Assembly (NCBI GenBank): GCA_963845535.1
Contig: CAWJSK010000012.1
Coordinates: forward strand, 288,001 to 352,000
Direction of reading: 5' to 3'
Source: an uncultured Spirochaetota bacterium
GTDB taxonomy: Bacteria; Spirochaetota; Spirochaetia; SZUA-6; Fen-1364
DNA: 64,000 nt
A program made the position numbers and the translations under genes. Shown here piece by piece: positions 10,315 through 18,820 of the stretch (position 1 is its first letter; each line of letters opens with the position of its first letter). A model generated the notes under the pieces. The model was not told the DNA's origin, searched no databases, and saw nothing but the letters and a program-made list of their open reading frames with translations.

Positions 10315-11002
10315 ACGTGAATGGTCTCCCTGTTGAACCGGTATCCCATGCCGTGCACCGTTTCGATGAACTCCGGGACCGACGGGTCGGTCTCTATCTT
10401 CTTGCGCAGCCTCTGGACGTAGACGGCCACCGCCGTGATGTCCCCGTACTGGTTGCTCCACACCTGCGAATAGATGCTTTCCGGGCTCATGGCCTTTCCG
10501 GGGTGAGTGGCAAGGAGCGCAAGCACCTCGAACTCCTTCGTGGACAGGGGATCTTCTGCGCGCCCTTTTTCAGGAGGTACCCGTCCAAGTCCAGGAGATA
10601 TTCGCCGAACTTCACGCTGTTGGCTCCCGCCTTGAGGTCCGTGGCCCGGCGGAGGACGGCCCGGATGCGGGCGGTCAGCACCTTCGGGGAAAAGGGCTTG
10701 GTGACGAACTCATCCGCGCCGATCCCAAGTCCCAGGATCATGTCCTCATCCGTGTCGCGCGCTGAGACGATCACCACGGGCACGGCGCTCGACTTTCGAA
10801 GTCTCTGGAGAAACTCGAACCCGTCGATCCCGGGCAGGTTGATGTCCAGCACCACGAGGTCGAACTTCTCCTTTTCGAATGCTTCCAGCGCCGCCTCCCC
10901 GGTCTCGAATATCTCTGCGTTCATGCCTTCCTTTTGCACGTAGAGACGCACCAGCTCGGCCATTTCCCGGACGTCTTCGACAATGAGAACTTTTGCCTGC
11001 AC
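10311..11002 (-). CDS. OmpR-family response regulator (frameshift at 10547-10550)
   Basis: VLIVED, LVVLDINLPGIDG, KPFS; the winged helix (LSTKEFEVL..VAVYVQRLRKKIE..IETVHGMGY) is in the shifted frame; GTG start with SD. Confidence 0.92.
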
Positions 11003-11133
11003 TCTTCCTCGCTCCCTGTCATAGCCAGCATCGCGCGAAGCGCGATATCCGGTCGGAGTTTCTCTCCGAACCGGACGGGCCACCGCCCTCCAGGCCCCTG
11101 TCCCGCGCCCTTTCTCACCCGCGCCGCGCGGTT

Positions 11134-11150
11134 TGTTAAGGAGATGTTAC
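11134..11150. promoter_or_regulatory. OmpR/WalR-type direct-repeat box
   Basis: TGTTAA-GGAGA-TGTTAC, 11-bp periodicity, upstream of the response regulator. Confidence 0.5.
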
Positions 11151-11204
11151 TGCATGGGGCTGCCGCCTTCCATAGACGACGAGTCAATGAGGCATAACTT
11201 TTTG

Positions 11205-12519
11205 TTATGCCCGGGAGGGGTCCATCGTCTTGCCGATCTTCGCGTATTCCCGGATGCGCTCCGCAAGAGTGAGGCCGGCGAGGTCGTTCCCCGGGTGGAA
11301 GAGGCTCCGATGCTCGTCGGTGTCCGCGAGCTTTTCATGGGCAATGAGGGCCCATGTGGCATCCAGGAGGTGGGAGAACTCGGGGCGGGTCAGCTCGGGG
11401 CAGTTGAAGGACTGCCGGGGGCTGTTGATGTCAACACCGCTGATCTCCATGAAGCCGTGCCGCGCGCACAGTTTCTGCACCCGCAGAAGCTGCTGGAGCG
11501 TGTTGCGGGGAGGCATATACGTGACGGCGCGGAAGCCGAGGCGCTTGCACTCCACCATCAGCTCGTCGAGGAAACTGTCCTCGAACTTCTCCGCCTTCTT
11601 GTCTCCCGTTGGGGAGTCCGTCACGTCCCCGAGGTAGGCGTAACAGGGAATCCCACTGATCTGCTCCGCAAACTGCACGGCGTCCCGAACGGGTATGCAT
11701 TCCGCCTCGTTCGGCTGAATGAAGACTTTGGACAGAAACGAGCTTTTCAAGAGGCCCAGCAAGTCGTACAGGAGAGCTGGGTTTGTCTCATCGCCGAGCC
11801 AGGCTTGCATGCGGGGCGTGAGCTCGAGCCCCAGCGAATCTTGCAGGAAAGAGACCAGCGGTCTTCCTTTACCAACGCCGTCCACAACCTTTCGCGCCAC
11901 GGCATAGAGCACGTGCCTCTCCGTGATGGAGCCGCCTTCGGCGGCGCGGGAAGCTCCCCAGACGTCGGCTCGCCAGTCAAGGGGATCAATCCCGTACGTG
12001 GGGAGGACGCTGCCGAGCCTCTCCACCATGAGCTTGTCGCGGGCCTCGCGGGCGGCCTGGATGGGTTTCAAGAACCGTCTCACCGCTGCGTCGCTTCGCG
12101 CGGGGATGCCGTGCACCGTCATGTACAGCACGTTTGGCGAATCCGGGTTGTTGAGCTTGCGGCCTTCCAGCCGGGTCCCCGTTGCGTTGACCCGCAGCTC
12201 GAACCCGCACGTGGTGGCAATTCCGAGGATCCGCCCTGCTTCCCGCATTTCAGCGGCCCCGGCGAGGGAGTCATGATCCATGACTCCAACCGCCAGGAGG
12301 CCGGCGGCATGGGCCCGCTCAGCCGCGGCCGTGGGCGAGTACGGGCTGAAGGAATAGAAGGTGTGGACGTGGTTGTTCACCTCGGCGGAGCGGGCAGTCG
12401 CTGCCCGGTGCGCCCGCGGCGGCGGCCGCGGCTGCGCCCGCCCCGGCAACGATTCCGCGCAGGGCGGCCAGGCGGTCCGCCGCCGCGGCCGCGTTGAGAA
12501 CGTCAGGAAGCTGAGTCAT
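11205..12519 (-). CDS. PHP-domain protein (frameshift at about 12404-12445)
   Basis: EVNNHVHTFYSFSPY, GVMDHDS, GFEL, ISGVDIN; the N-terminus MTQLPDVLN..RLAALR is in another frame. Confidence 0.85.
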
Positions 12520-12526
12520 GGGCGTT

Positions 12527-12820
12527 CTATTTCTGCTCGAAGTACTTCAGGTCCCAGATCGTCTGTTCGGGACTGGCAACCACCAGGGAGGACAGCCGCG
12601 CGAGGAGACGCTTGAACACCCCGGTCTCCATGAATTGTCGGGCATGCGCGTTGTCCACCCAGGTGCCCATGGCCATCGCGTTCGGCCGGGCAACAAGGAA
12701 CTGCATCCGGACGAACCCGGGCTGGCTTCGAGCGTGCTCCATGACCTCGCTCTTCCAGATCTCGCACGCCTCATCGAAGGATTCTTCCTTGAAGCGGTAG
12801 AGCATCGTCGCCGTGTACAT
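12527..12820 (-). CDS. Antibiotic biosynthesis monooxygenase (ABM) family protein
   Basis: 97-aa dimeric alpha/beta-barrel pattern (..QPGFVRMQFL..W); strong SD GGAGG. Confidence 0.75.
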   Translation of the reverse strand: MYTATMLYRFKEESFDEACEIWKSEVMEHARSQPGFVRMQFLVARPNAMAMGTWVDNAHARQFMETGVFKRLLARLSSLVVASPEQTIWDLKYFEQK

Positions 12821-12946
12821 TCCCCCCTCCTTGGCCCGAGTATAGCGCAAAAAGCAGGCGCGGGCGACGCTGAGAAAAGCCCGCGACCGGAAAGAAATCG
12901 CTGCTCTTGCTTGACTCATCACGCCGAGAGGGATAGAGATTAGCTC

Positions 12947-15562
12947 ATGAGAAATCCATCCGCTTCCGTGGTCAGCGCGGAGCAGGAGAGGACGCTCATC
13001 GAGGCGTGCTCCCTCACTACGGAGGAATGCCTCGCCCGCCTGGGGGGCCGTGACAAAGGACTGACGTCGGAAGAGGCTGAAGAAAAGCTCAGGACGGCCG
13101 GCCGTAATGAGGTCAGCCTGAAAAAAGGCGGCGCCTTCAGCCGGACGGTCCGCCGTTTTGCCAACCCGCTGGTGATCCAGCTCCTCATCATAGCCGGGGT
13201 TTCATTCCTGATGGGGGACCTTCGCTCCACCCTGGTCGTGGGAGGGATGGTCCTCCTGAGCGTGGGCCTTTCCGCGGTCCAGGAGGAAAGGTCCGGCAAG
13301 GCCGTCGAACACCTGCAGGCTATGGTCCGGACCACGGCAAACGTCGTCCGTGAGGGGAAGGAAGCGGAGATCCCGCTTGCAGAAATAGTCCCCGGTGATG
13401 TCGTAGTCCTTGACGCCGGTTCGCTGGTCCCCGCTGACATACGCCTCATCTCCACAAAGGACTTCTTCGTCAGCCAGAGCGCGCTCACCGGGGAATCCAT
13501 GCCCGTGGAAAAGAGCGCGGCCCCCGTTGCCGGCAACGGCCGCTCCGCCCTGGAGCTGCCCAACGCCTGCTTCCAGGGAAGCAATGTGCTTTCCGGCACG
13601 GCGCGCGGCGTCGTGGTGAATACGGGCGCCCGGACCTACTTCGGCGCCATCACCCGCAAGCTTGCAGGTCAGCGGGCCCTGACGAGCTTTGACAAGGGAA
13701 TATCGGGATTCACGTGGCTGATGATCAGGTTCATGGTCATCATGGTCCTGATCGTCTTCCTTATTATAGGGCTGACCAAGCACAACTGGATGGACGCCCT
13801 CCTGTTTGGGCTGTCCGTTGCCGTGGGGCTCACCCCGGAAATGCTCCCCATGATCGTAACGGTGAACCTTGCCAAGGGCGCGCTTGCCATGTCGCGCAAG
13901 AAGGCAATCGTCAAGCGGTTGAACTCAATCCAGAACTTCGGCGCCATTGACGTTCTCTGCACGGACAAGACGGGGACCCTCACGCAGGACCGTGTCGTGC
14001 TGGAAAAGCACGTAGACGTGATTGGCAGGTCCAGTGACGAGGTGCTGCGCTACGCCTGGATGAACAGCTACTACCAGACGGGACTGCGGAACCTCCTGGA
14101 CCGCTCGGTGCTCTCCCACACGGAGTTCGAGGTGGAATCCCGCTGCCGCAAGGTGGATGAGATCCCTTTCGACTTCACCCGAAAGCGCATGTCCGTGGTG
14201 GTGGAGTACGAAGGGGACCACGTGCTGATCTGCAAGGGCGCGGTGGAGGACGTGTTCAAGGTCTGCACCAGCTACCAGGTGGATGAGGACGTGAACCCCC
14301 TGATCGACATGATCAAGCAGGACGTGCTGGAGGACTACGAGGCCCTCAGCGCGGACGGCTACCGCGTGCTGGCAATTGCCTACCGGGAGTTCGGCAGGGA
14401 GAAGGAGACGTTCGCCGCCGCGGATGAGGCGGACATGATCCTCCTGGGGTACATTGCCTTCTTTGATCCTCCCAAGGAATCCACTCCGAAGGCCATCAAG
14501 GCGCTCAGGGACGCCGGGGTGTCCGTGAAGATTCTCACGGGGGACAATGACCTCGTGACGCGCAAAGTCTGCAAGGACGTTGGGATCGACGCGCAGAGCC
14601 TGGTCACGGGCGCGCAGCTCCAGGGCCTGTCCTCCGAGAAGATCGCGGAGCTGGCGGAAGCAACAACCGTATTCGCGCGTCTTTCCCCTACGCAGAAGGA
14701 GCAGATCATCCAGGCCTTGCAGAGCAAGGGGCACGTGGTGGGGTTCCTGGGGGACGGGATCAATGATGCCCCCGCCCTCAAGAGGGCTGACGTCGGGATC
14801 TCCGTGGACACGGCAGTGGACGTGGCAAAGGAAGCGGCGGACATCGTCCTCCTGGAAAAGAGCCTCATGGTCCTGGACAACGGGATCATTGAGGGCAGGA
14901 AGGTGTTCGGGAACATCATCAAGTACATCCGCATGGGCGCCAGCTCCAACTTCGGCAACATGTTCAGCGTGGTGGGAGGCAGCTTCTTTCTCCCCTTCCT
15001 TCCCATGCTGCCCATCCAGGTGCTTTTGAACAACATGCTGTACGACATCTCGCAGATCGGCATCCCGTCGGACACGGTGGACCCTGAGTTCACGAAGTCC
15101 CCGCGCAAGTGGAACATCGGGAACATCAGGCGTTTCATGATGTTCATTGGCCCTATGAGCTCCATCTTCGACTACGCTACGTTCCTGCTGATGCTCTTCT
15201 TCTTCGGTGCAATCGCCTGGACGGCATCCGGTACCAGTGAGGCGGTGAAATCCCACCTGGAGGCGCTTTTCCACACGGGCTGGTTCGTGGAGTCCATCCT
15301 CACGCAGACACTCATCGTGCACGTGATCAGGACGCGCAAGATACCGTTCATCCAGAGCCGCGCGAGCCCCGTGATGTTCTTTTTCACGTTCCTCGTGATG
15401 GGAATCGGCGCCTACCTTCCCTATTCCCCCGTGGCCGGCGCCCTGGGTCTTGTCCCGCTGCCGGGAATCTACTGGGCCTGGATTGCCGGGTTCCTCGTGA
15501 TGTACTGCGCCCTAACCCACTTCGTGAAGACCTGGTTCTTCCACAAGTTCGGAGTCGACTGA
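12947..15562 (+). CDS. mgtA: Magnesium-translocating P-type ATPase
   Basis: LTGES, AVGLTPEMLPMIV, DKTGTLT, TGDN, GDGINDAP, ASSNFGN, GWFVES. Confidence 0.96.
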   Translation: MRNPSASVVSAEQERTLIEACSLTTEECLARLGGRDKGLTSEEAEEKLRTAGRNEVSLKKGGAFSRTVRRFANPLVIQLLIIAGVSFLMGDLRSTLVVGGMVLLSVGLSAVQEERSGKAVEHLQAMVRTTANVVREGKEAEIPLAEIVPGDVVVLDAGSLVPADIRLISTKDFFVSQSALTGESMPVEKSAAPVAGNGRSALELPNACFQGSNVLSGTARGVVVNTGARTYFGAITRKLAGQRALTSFDKGISGFTWLMIRFMVIMVLIVFLIIGLTKHNWMDALLFGLSVAVGLTPEMLPMIVTVNLAKGALAMSRKKAIVKRLNSIQNFGAIDVLCTDKTGTLTQDRVVLEKHVDVIGRSSDEVLRYAWMNSYYQTGLRNLLDRSVLSHTEFEVESRCRKVDEIPFDFTRKRMSVVVEYEGDHVLICKGAVEDVFKVCTSYQVDEDVNPLIDMIKQDVLEDYEALSADGYRVLAIAYREFGREKETFAAADEADMILLGYIAFFDPPKESTPKAIKALRDAGVSVKILTGDNDLVTRKVCKDVGIDAQSLVTGAQLQGLSSEKIAELAEATTVFARLSPTQKEQIIQALQSKGHVVGFLGDGINDAPALKRADVGISVDTAVDVAKEAADIVLLEKSLMVLDNGIIEGRKVFGNIIKYIRMGASSNFGNMFSVVGGSFFLPFLPMLPIQVLLNNMLYDISQIGIPSDTVDPEFTKSPRKWNIGNIRRFMMFIGPMSSIFDYATFLLMLFFFGAIAWTASGTSEAVKSHLEALFHTGWFVESILTQTLIVHVIRTRKIPFIQSRASPVMFFFTFLVMGIGAYLPYSPVAGALGLVPLPGIYWAWIAGFLVMYCALTHFVKTWFFHKFGVD

Positions 15563-16371
15563 TGAAAAGTCTCCTGGATGCGCTGCAGGAAGGAAGATTG
15601 ATCGAGCTGCCGGAAACGGACAAGGACAAGAGCCTCCAGCTCCTGGCCACGCTCATCGAGGCAATCCCCGACGTAAGAAGCGGCCTGGACTTTGCCGGCA
15701 TGGTGCTGGCCCGGGAGAAGCAGGCCAATACGTCAATCGGGCACGGATGGGCCTGTCCGCATGGGCGCGTGGCGGGAGAAGGGGAGCTTTTCTGCGCCAT
15801 TGGATGGAGCCCCACCGGGATCGACTATGGAGGCTCAGACGGCAAGCAGGTGCACATTGCCATCATGCACTACATCCCGGACTCCCAGAAGAATACGTAT
15901 CTCAAGGAGATATCCGGCCTGGCAAAAGCCATCAAGAACAACCCTGCCCTGGGGGAGCTGTCCAACGCAAAAGAGCTGGGCGAGGTCAGGTCACGGCTGA
16001 TCGACCTTCTCACTGCGGCGGTGGAGAGCGCGCTGCCGGACGTGAAGGCCCGCATGATCCAGCTGGAGGCCAAGCACGCGGTCTCCGCGTACGCGGAGAC
16101 CCTGCCGGCGGAATCCCTTTCCGCGCTGAGCCTTATCCCCCTTTCGGTTGTCATAGTGCCGGGCGCCCGACCTCTCGTGCTCTCCCAGGACAAGGAAATC
16201 ATTCCCGTGATAGAGGGCGCCGGAGACATTGCGGGGCACCTCGCCTCCCGCGCTCCCTTTGACCGCTCCGGCTACCGCATCCTTACCCGTTCCGTATCCG
16301 CCTTCCAACCGGACAGGCTGTTCTACGACTGCATTGCGGTGAAGCTGGCCAACGGGGCGCAAAAGAAGTAA
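15562..16371 (+). CDS. PTS EIIA (Ntr/fructose-type) domain protein with C-terminal extension
   Basis: LARE..TSIGHGWACPHGR (phospho-His motif); TGATG overlap with the mgtA stop. Confidence 0.85.
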   Translation: MKSLLDALQEGRLIELPETDKDKSLQLLATLIEAIPDVRSGLDFAGMVLAREKQANTSIGHGWACPHGRVAGEGELFCAIGWSPTGIDYGGSDGKQVHIAIMHYIPDSQKNTYLKEISGLAKAIKNNPALGELSNAKELGEVRSRLIDLLTAAVESALPDVKARMIQLEAKHAVSAYAETLPAESLSALSLIPLSVVIVPGARPLVLSQDKEIIPVIEGAGDIAGHLASRAPFDRSGYRILTRSVSAFQPDRLFYDCIAVKLANGAQKK

Positions 16372-16398
16372 CCTCCCTCCGCGCGGAAGTCGGACACT

Positions 16399-16791
16399 TC
16401 AGAAAAGCTGAATACGCGCGCTGTGTCCCGTGGAGCGCGCCAACCGTTGATCACGCGTAACCAGGGGCGCGTCGAGCGCCTCAGCCAGGGCAACATAAGC
16501 GGCGTCATATGCGCTCACGGAGTTCCTCAGGTCCCAGATCCGGGGGAGGAGATGCTTGTGAGGGTGGCGAGTCAGAAGAATATCAGCAAAGACCGCCATG
16601 GAGGCACGGCAACGCTCCGTGTCAACTCTGCCGGTTACGGCGTAACGACGAAGAACCTGCGCCACCTCAACATCGATCAGGTGTGGCGCATGAAGGGTTT
16701 CCCCCGGAGCGAACAGCCTCTTCTCCAGGGCCGAGGCGTTCGGGGAGCGAAGGAGAATTTCCACGATGGCCGAAGCATCAACCACGATCAC
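16399..16791 (-). CDS. vapC: PIN-domain toxin (VapC family)
   Basis: VIVVDASA..APHLIDVEV..SAYDAAYVALAE..LVTRDQRL; GTGA overlap with the antitoxin stop. Confidence 0.93.
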   Translation of the reverse strand: MIVVDASAIVEILLRSPNASALEKRLFAPGETLHAPHLIDVEVAQVLRRYAVTGRVDTERCRASMAVFADILLTRHPHKHLLPRIWDLRNSVSAYDAAYVALAEALDAPLVTRDQRLARSTGHSARIQLF

Positions 16792-17018
16792 CGACTGTCC
16801 CGCTCTTCCCGCAGCACTTCCGCGGGTGAAATTCCCGGGTTGACCGGAGGGAGACGAGCGAGCCGGGCGCGCCATTCCTCCAGCGTGGGCTGTGCCGCGG
16901 CCTCCCGGATCTGGCTCAAGAGGTAGTCCGAGAGCGACATGCCTGCCATGGCCGCGCGCGCCTTGAGCTTGCGGTGCAAGTCATCAGGCACGTTGCGGAT
17001 CTGGATCATCCTTGACAT
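16788..17018 (-). CDS. FitA-like ribbon-helix-helix antitoxin
   Basis: MIQIRNVPDDLHRKLKARAAMAGMSLSDYL; directly upstream of vapC. Confidence 0.9.
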   Translation of the reverse strand: MSRMIQIRNVPDDLHRKLKARAAMAGMSLSDYLLSQIREAAAQPTLEEWRARLARLPPVNPGISPAEVLREERDSR

Positions 17019-17054
17019 GCCATAAACATGCAAACATGCTCTGCGCATGTCAAG
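17011..17054 (-). promoter_or_regulatory. TA promoter/operator
   Basis: Perfect inverted repeat CTTGACATGC-N24-GCATGTCAAG containing TTGACA-N17-CATGTT-N6-ATG. Confidence 0.65.
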
Positions 17055-17156
17055 CTGTCTTGAGCTTCTTTTTGCACGCATGCATTGAATGACGTGTGGA
17101 GAGTCCGCCTGATTGCGGCGCTTCCCCTTTAGACGGGTCCCCCTTACCTTTAGCTC

Positions 17157-18803
17157 ATGAAGACGGAGACGAACAACGGGTTCCTCGAAGACCTCTATGA
17201 GAAGGCCGGCGGAACGACGCGGACCCTTCCAGCGCCGCCGCCCGTGGACCAGAAAAAAGTGCAGGACTTCATCTCCCGTTTCCACCAGGCGCTTTCCGGG
17301 TTCGAGCCGGCAGACATCGAAGCCCGGCACACCATCCCCCCTGAGCTCCTCGAGCGGATGAAGGCAAGCGGCGTCTTCGGGCTCATGGTGCCGACGCAGT
17401 ACGGCGGAATGGGCTTCACCCTGACCGAGTACCTTCTGGCAATCGAGGAGCTTTCCGGCGTGGACCTCTCCACCGCGCTCATCCCGCTGGCGCACACCTC
17501 CATCGGCATCAAGGGCATCCTTCTCTTCGGGACCGAGGACCAGAAGCGGCGCTATCTCCCCCGCGCGGCAACGGGAGAGCTGATCTTCGCCTACGCGCTT
17601 ACCGAGCCCGAGACAGGCTCCGATGCGCAGCACATCAGGACCAAGGCGCAGCTCGCTGATGACGGCGTGAGCTATCTTGTTGATGGGACCAAGACGTTCA
17701 TCACGAATGCGAACTATGCCGGGGCTTTCACGGTGTTCGCGCAGATGGACCCCCAAAAGCCGGGCACCATGGGCGCTTTCATTGTAGAAAGGAACTGGAG
17801 CGGCGTCTCCGTGGGGGCCGACATGCCCAAGATGGGTCTTGCCGCCAGCTCCACGGCAACCGTCATGCTTCGGGGGGTGACCGTTCCCCGGGAAAACCTT
17901 ATCGGGGAGCCGGGGGACGGGTTCAAGATCGCCATGACCATTCTCAACTACGGAAGGCTCGGGCTCGGCGCGGGCTCGGCGGGGAGCATGGCCAAGTCCC
18001 TGGAGGACATGAGGAGGCGCGCGGCAAGCCGGAAGCAGTTCGGCGTCCCTATCGGGCAGTTCGACCTGATCAGGGAAAAGCTGGCAAACGCGCGGGTCCA
18101 CGGGCTTGCCGCAGCGGGAATGACATATCTCACTGCGGCCATGCTGGAGGCGGATCCGCTGGCTGGCGTTGCAATCGAAAGCTCGCACTGCAAGCTCTAT
18201 GGAACGACGAGATGCTGGGACACGTTGTACGACGCCCAGCAGGTGGCCGGCGGCTCGGGTTATCTCTCCACCCAGCCGTACGAGAAACGGCTGCGGGACT
18301 TCCGCGTGACAACCATCTTCGAGGGCACCACGGAAATCCATTCCATCTACCCCGCGCTCACCGCGCTTCGCGCCGCGGCCAAATCTCTCAAGGGCCAAGG
18401 CGCCGTGGGCAAGCTTCTCTTGCTGCGCCGTCTATCAAGGCCGCGGCTTCGCGGCGTGTTGCGCGAGCGAACACCCCAGTTCCGCTCGGCCATTGCGCGC
18501 GCCGAGGCCGGCGAGAAAGGTTTCCGGAAGCTCATGACGGCGGGAATGCGTCGATTCGGCGCGAAGATCATCGAGCACGAGCTGTACTTGCGGCAAATGA
18601 CCGAGCTGAGCCTGTCCGCGTACTGGCTGCTCGCGACGGTCTGGCTTCTGAAAGCTCGGTACCCCGCTGGCAACTTCCCTCCCGAGGACCTGCATTCTCT
18701 GGAGTGGCTCATTGAGGAGGCGCGGGCCGCGCAGCGCAACGCAGGCCGTCCATGGCGTGACGACCATGAGGCGCTCGTGCGTCGCCTTACGCCGCAGCAA
18801 TAG
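17157..18803 (+). CDS. Acyl-CoA dehydrogenase (long/very-long-chain type)
   Basis: YALTEPETGSDA, GTKTFITN, KMGL, LNYGRLG, RKQFG, GGSGY, IFEGTTEI. Confidence 0.93.
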   Translation: MKTETNNGFLEDLYEKAGGTTRTLPAPPPVDQKKVQDFISRFHQALSGFEPADIEARHTIPPELLERMKASGVFGLMVPTQYGGMGFTLTEYLLAIEELSGVDLSTALIPLAHTSIGIKGILLFGTEDQKRRYLPRAATGELIFAYALTEPETGSDAQHIRTKAQLADDGVSYLVDGTKTFITNANYAGAFTVFAQMDPQKPGTMGAFIVERNWSGVSVGADMPKMGLAASSTATVMLRGVTVPRENLIGEPGDGFKIAMTILNYGRLGLGAGSAGSMAKSLEDMRRRAASRKQFGVPIGQFDLIREKLANARVHGLAAAGMTYLTAAMLEADPLAGVAIESSHCKLYGTTRCWDTLYDAQQVAGGSGYLSTQPYEKRLRDFRVTTIFEGTTEIHSIYPALTALRAAAKSLKGQGAVGKLLLLRRLSRPRLRGVLRERTPQFRSAIARAEAGEKGFRKLMTAGMRRFGAKIIEHELYLRQMTELSLSAYWLLATVWLLKARYPAGNFPPEDLHSLEWLIEEARAAQRNAGRPWRDDHEALVRRLTPQQ

Positions 18804-18820
18804 CTTGCACCCTGACCGCT

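Noticed and set aside
10547..10550. Programmed frameshifting or phase variation as the cause of split genes
   Set aside because: Runs are only 2-6 nt, both insertions and deletions occur, there are no slippery heptamers, and unrelated genes are hit; sequencing error is simpler.
12821..12946. Mg2+ riboswitch (M-box) or mgtL leader upstream of mgtA
   Set aside because: The gap is only 126 bp, holds divergent promoter-like elements, and shows no recognisable aptamer or Pro-rich leader.
13925..15322. 465-aa minus-strand ORF
   Set aside because: Antisense shadow of mgtA.
16788..18398. 536-aa minus-strand ORF that looks like a large fusion to the antitoxin
   Set aside because: Only the last 76 aa are real; the rest is antisense to the acyl-CoA dehydrogenase, and a promoter sits at 17025-17053.
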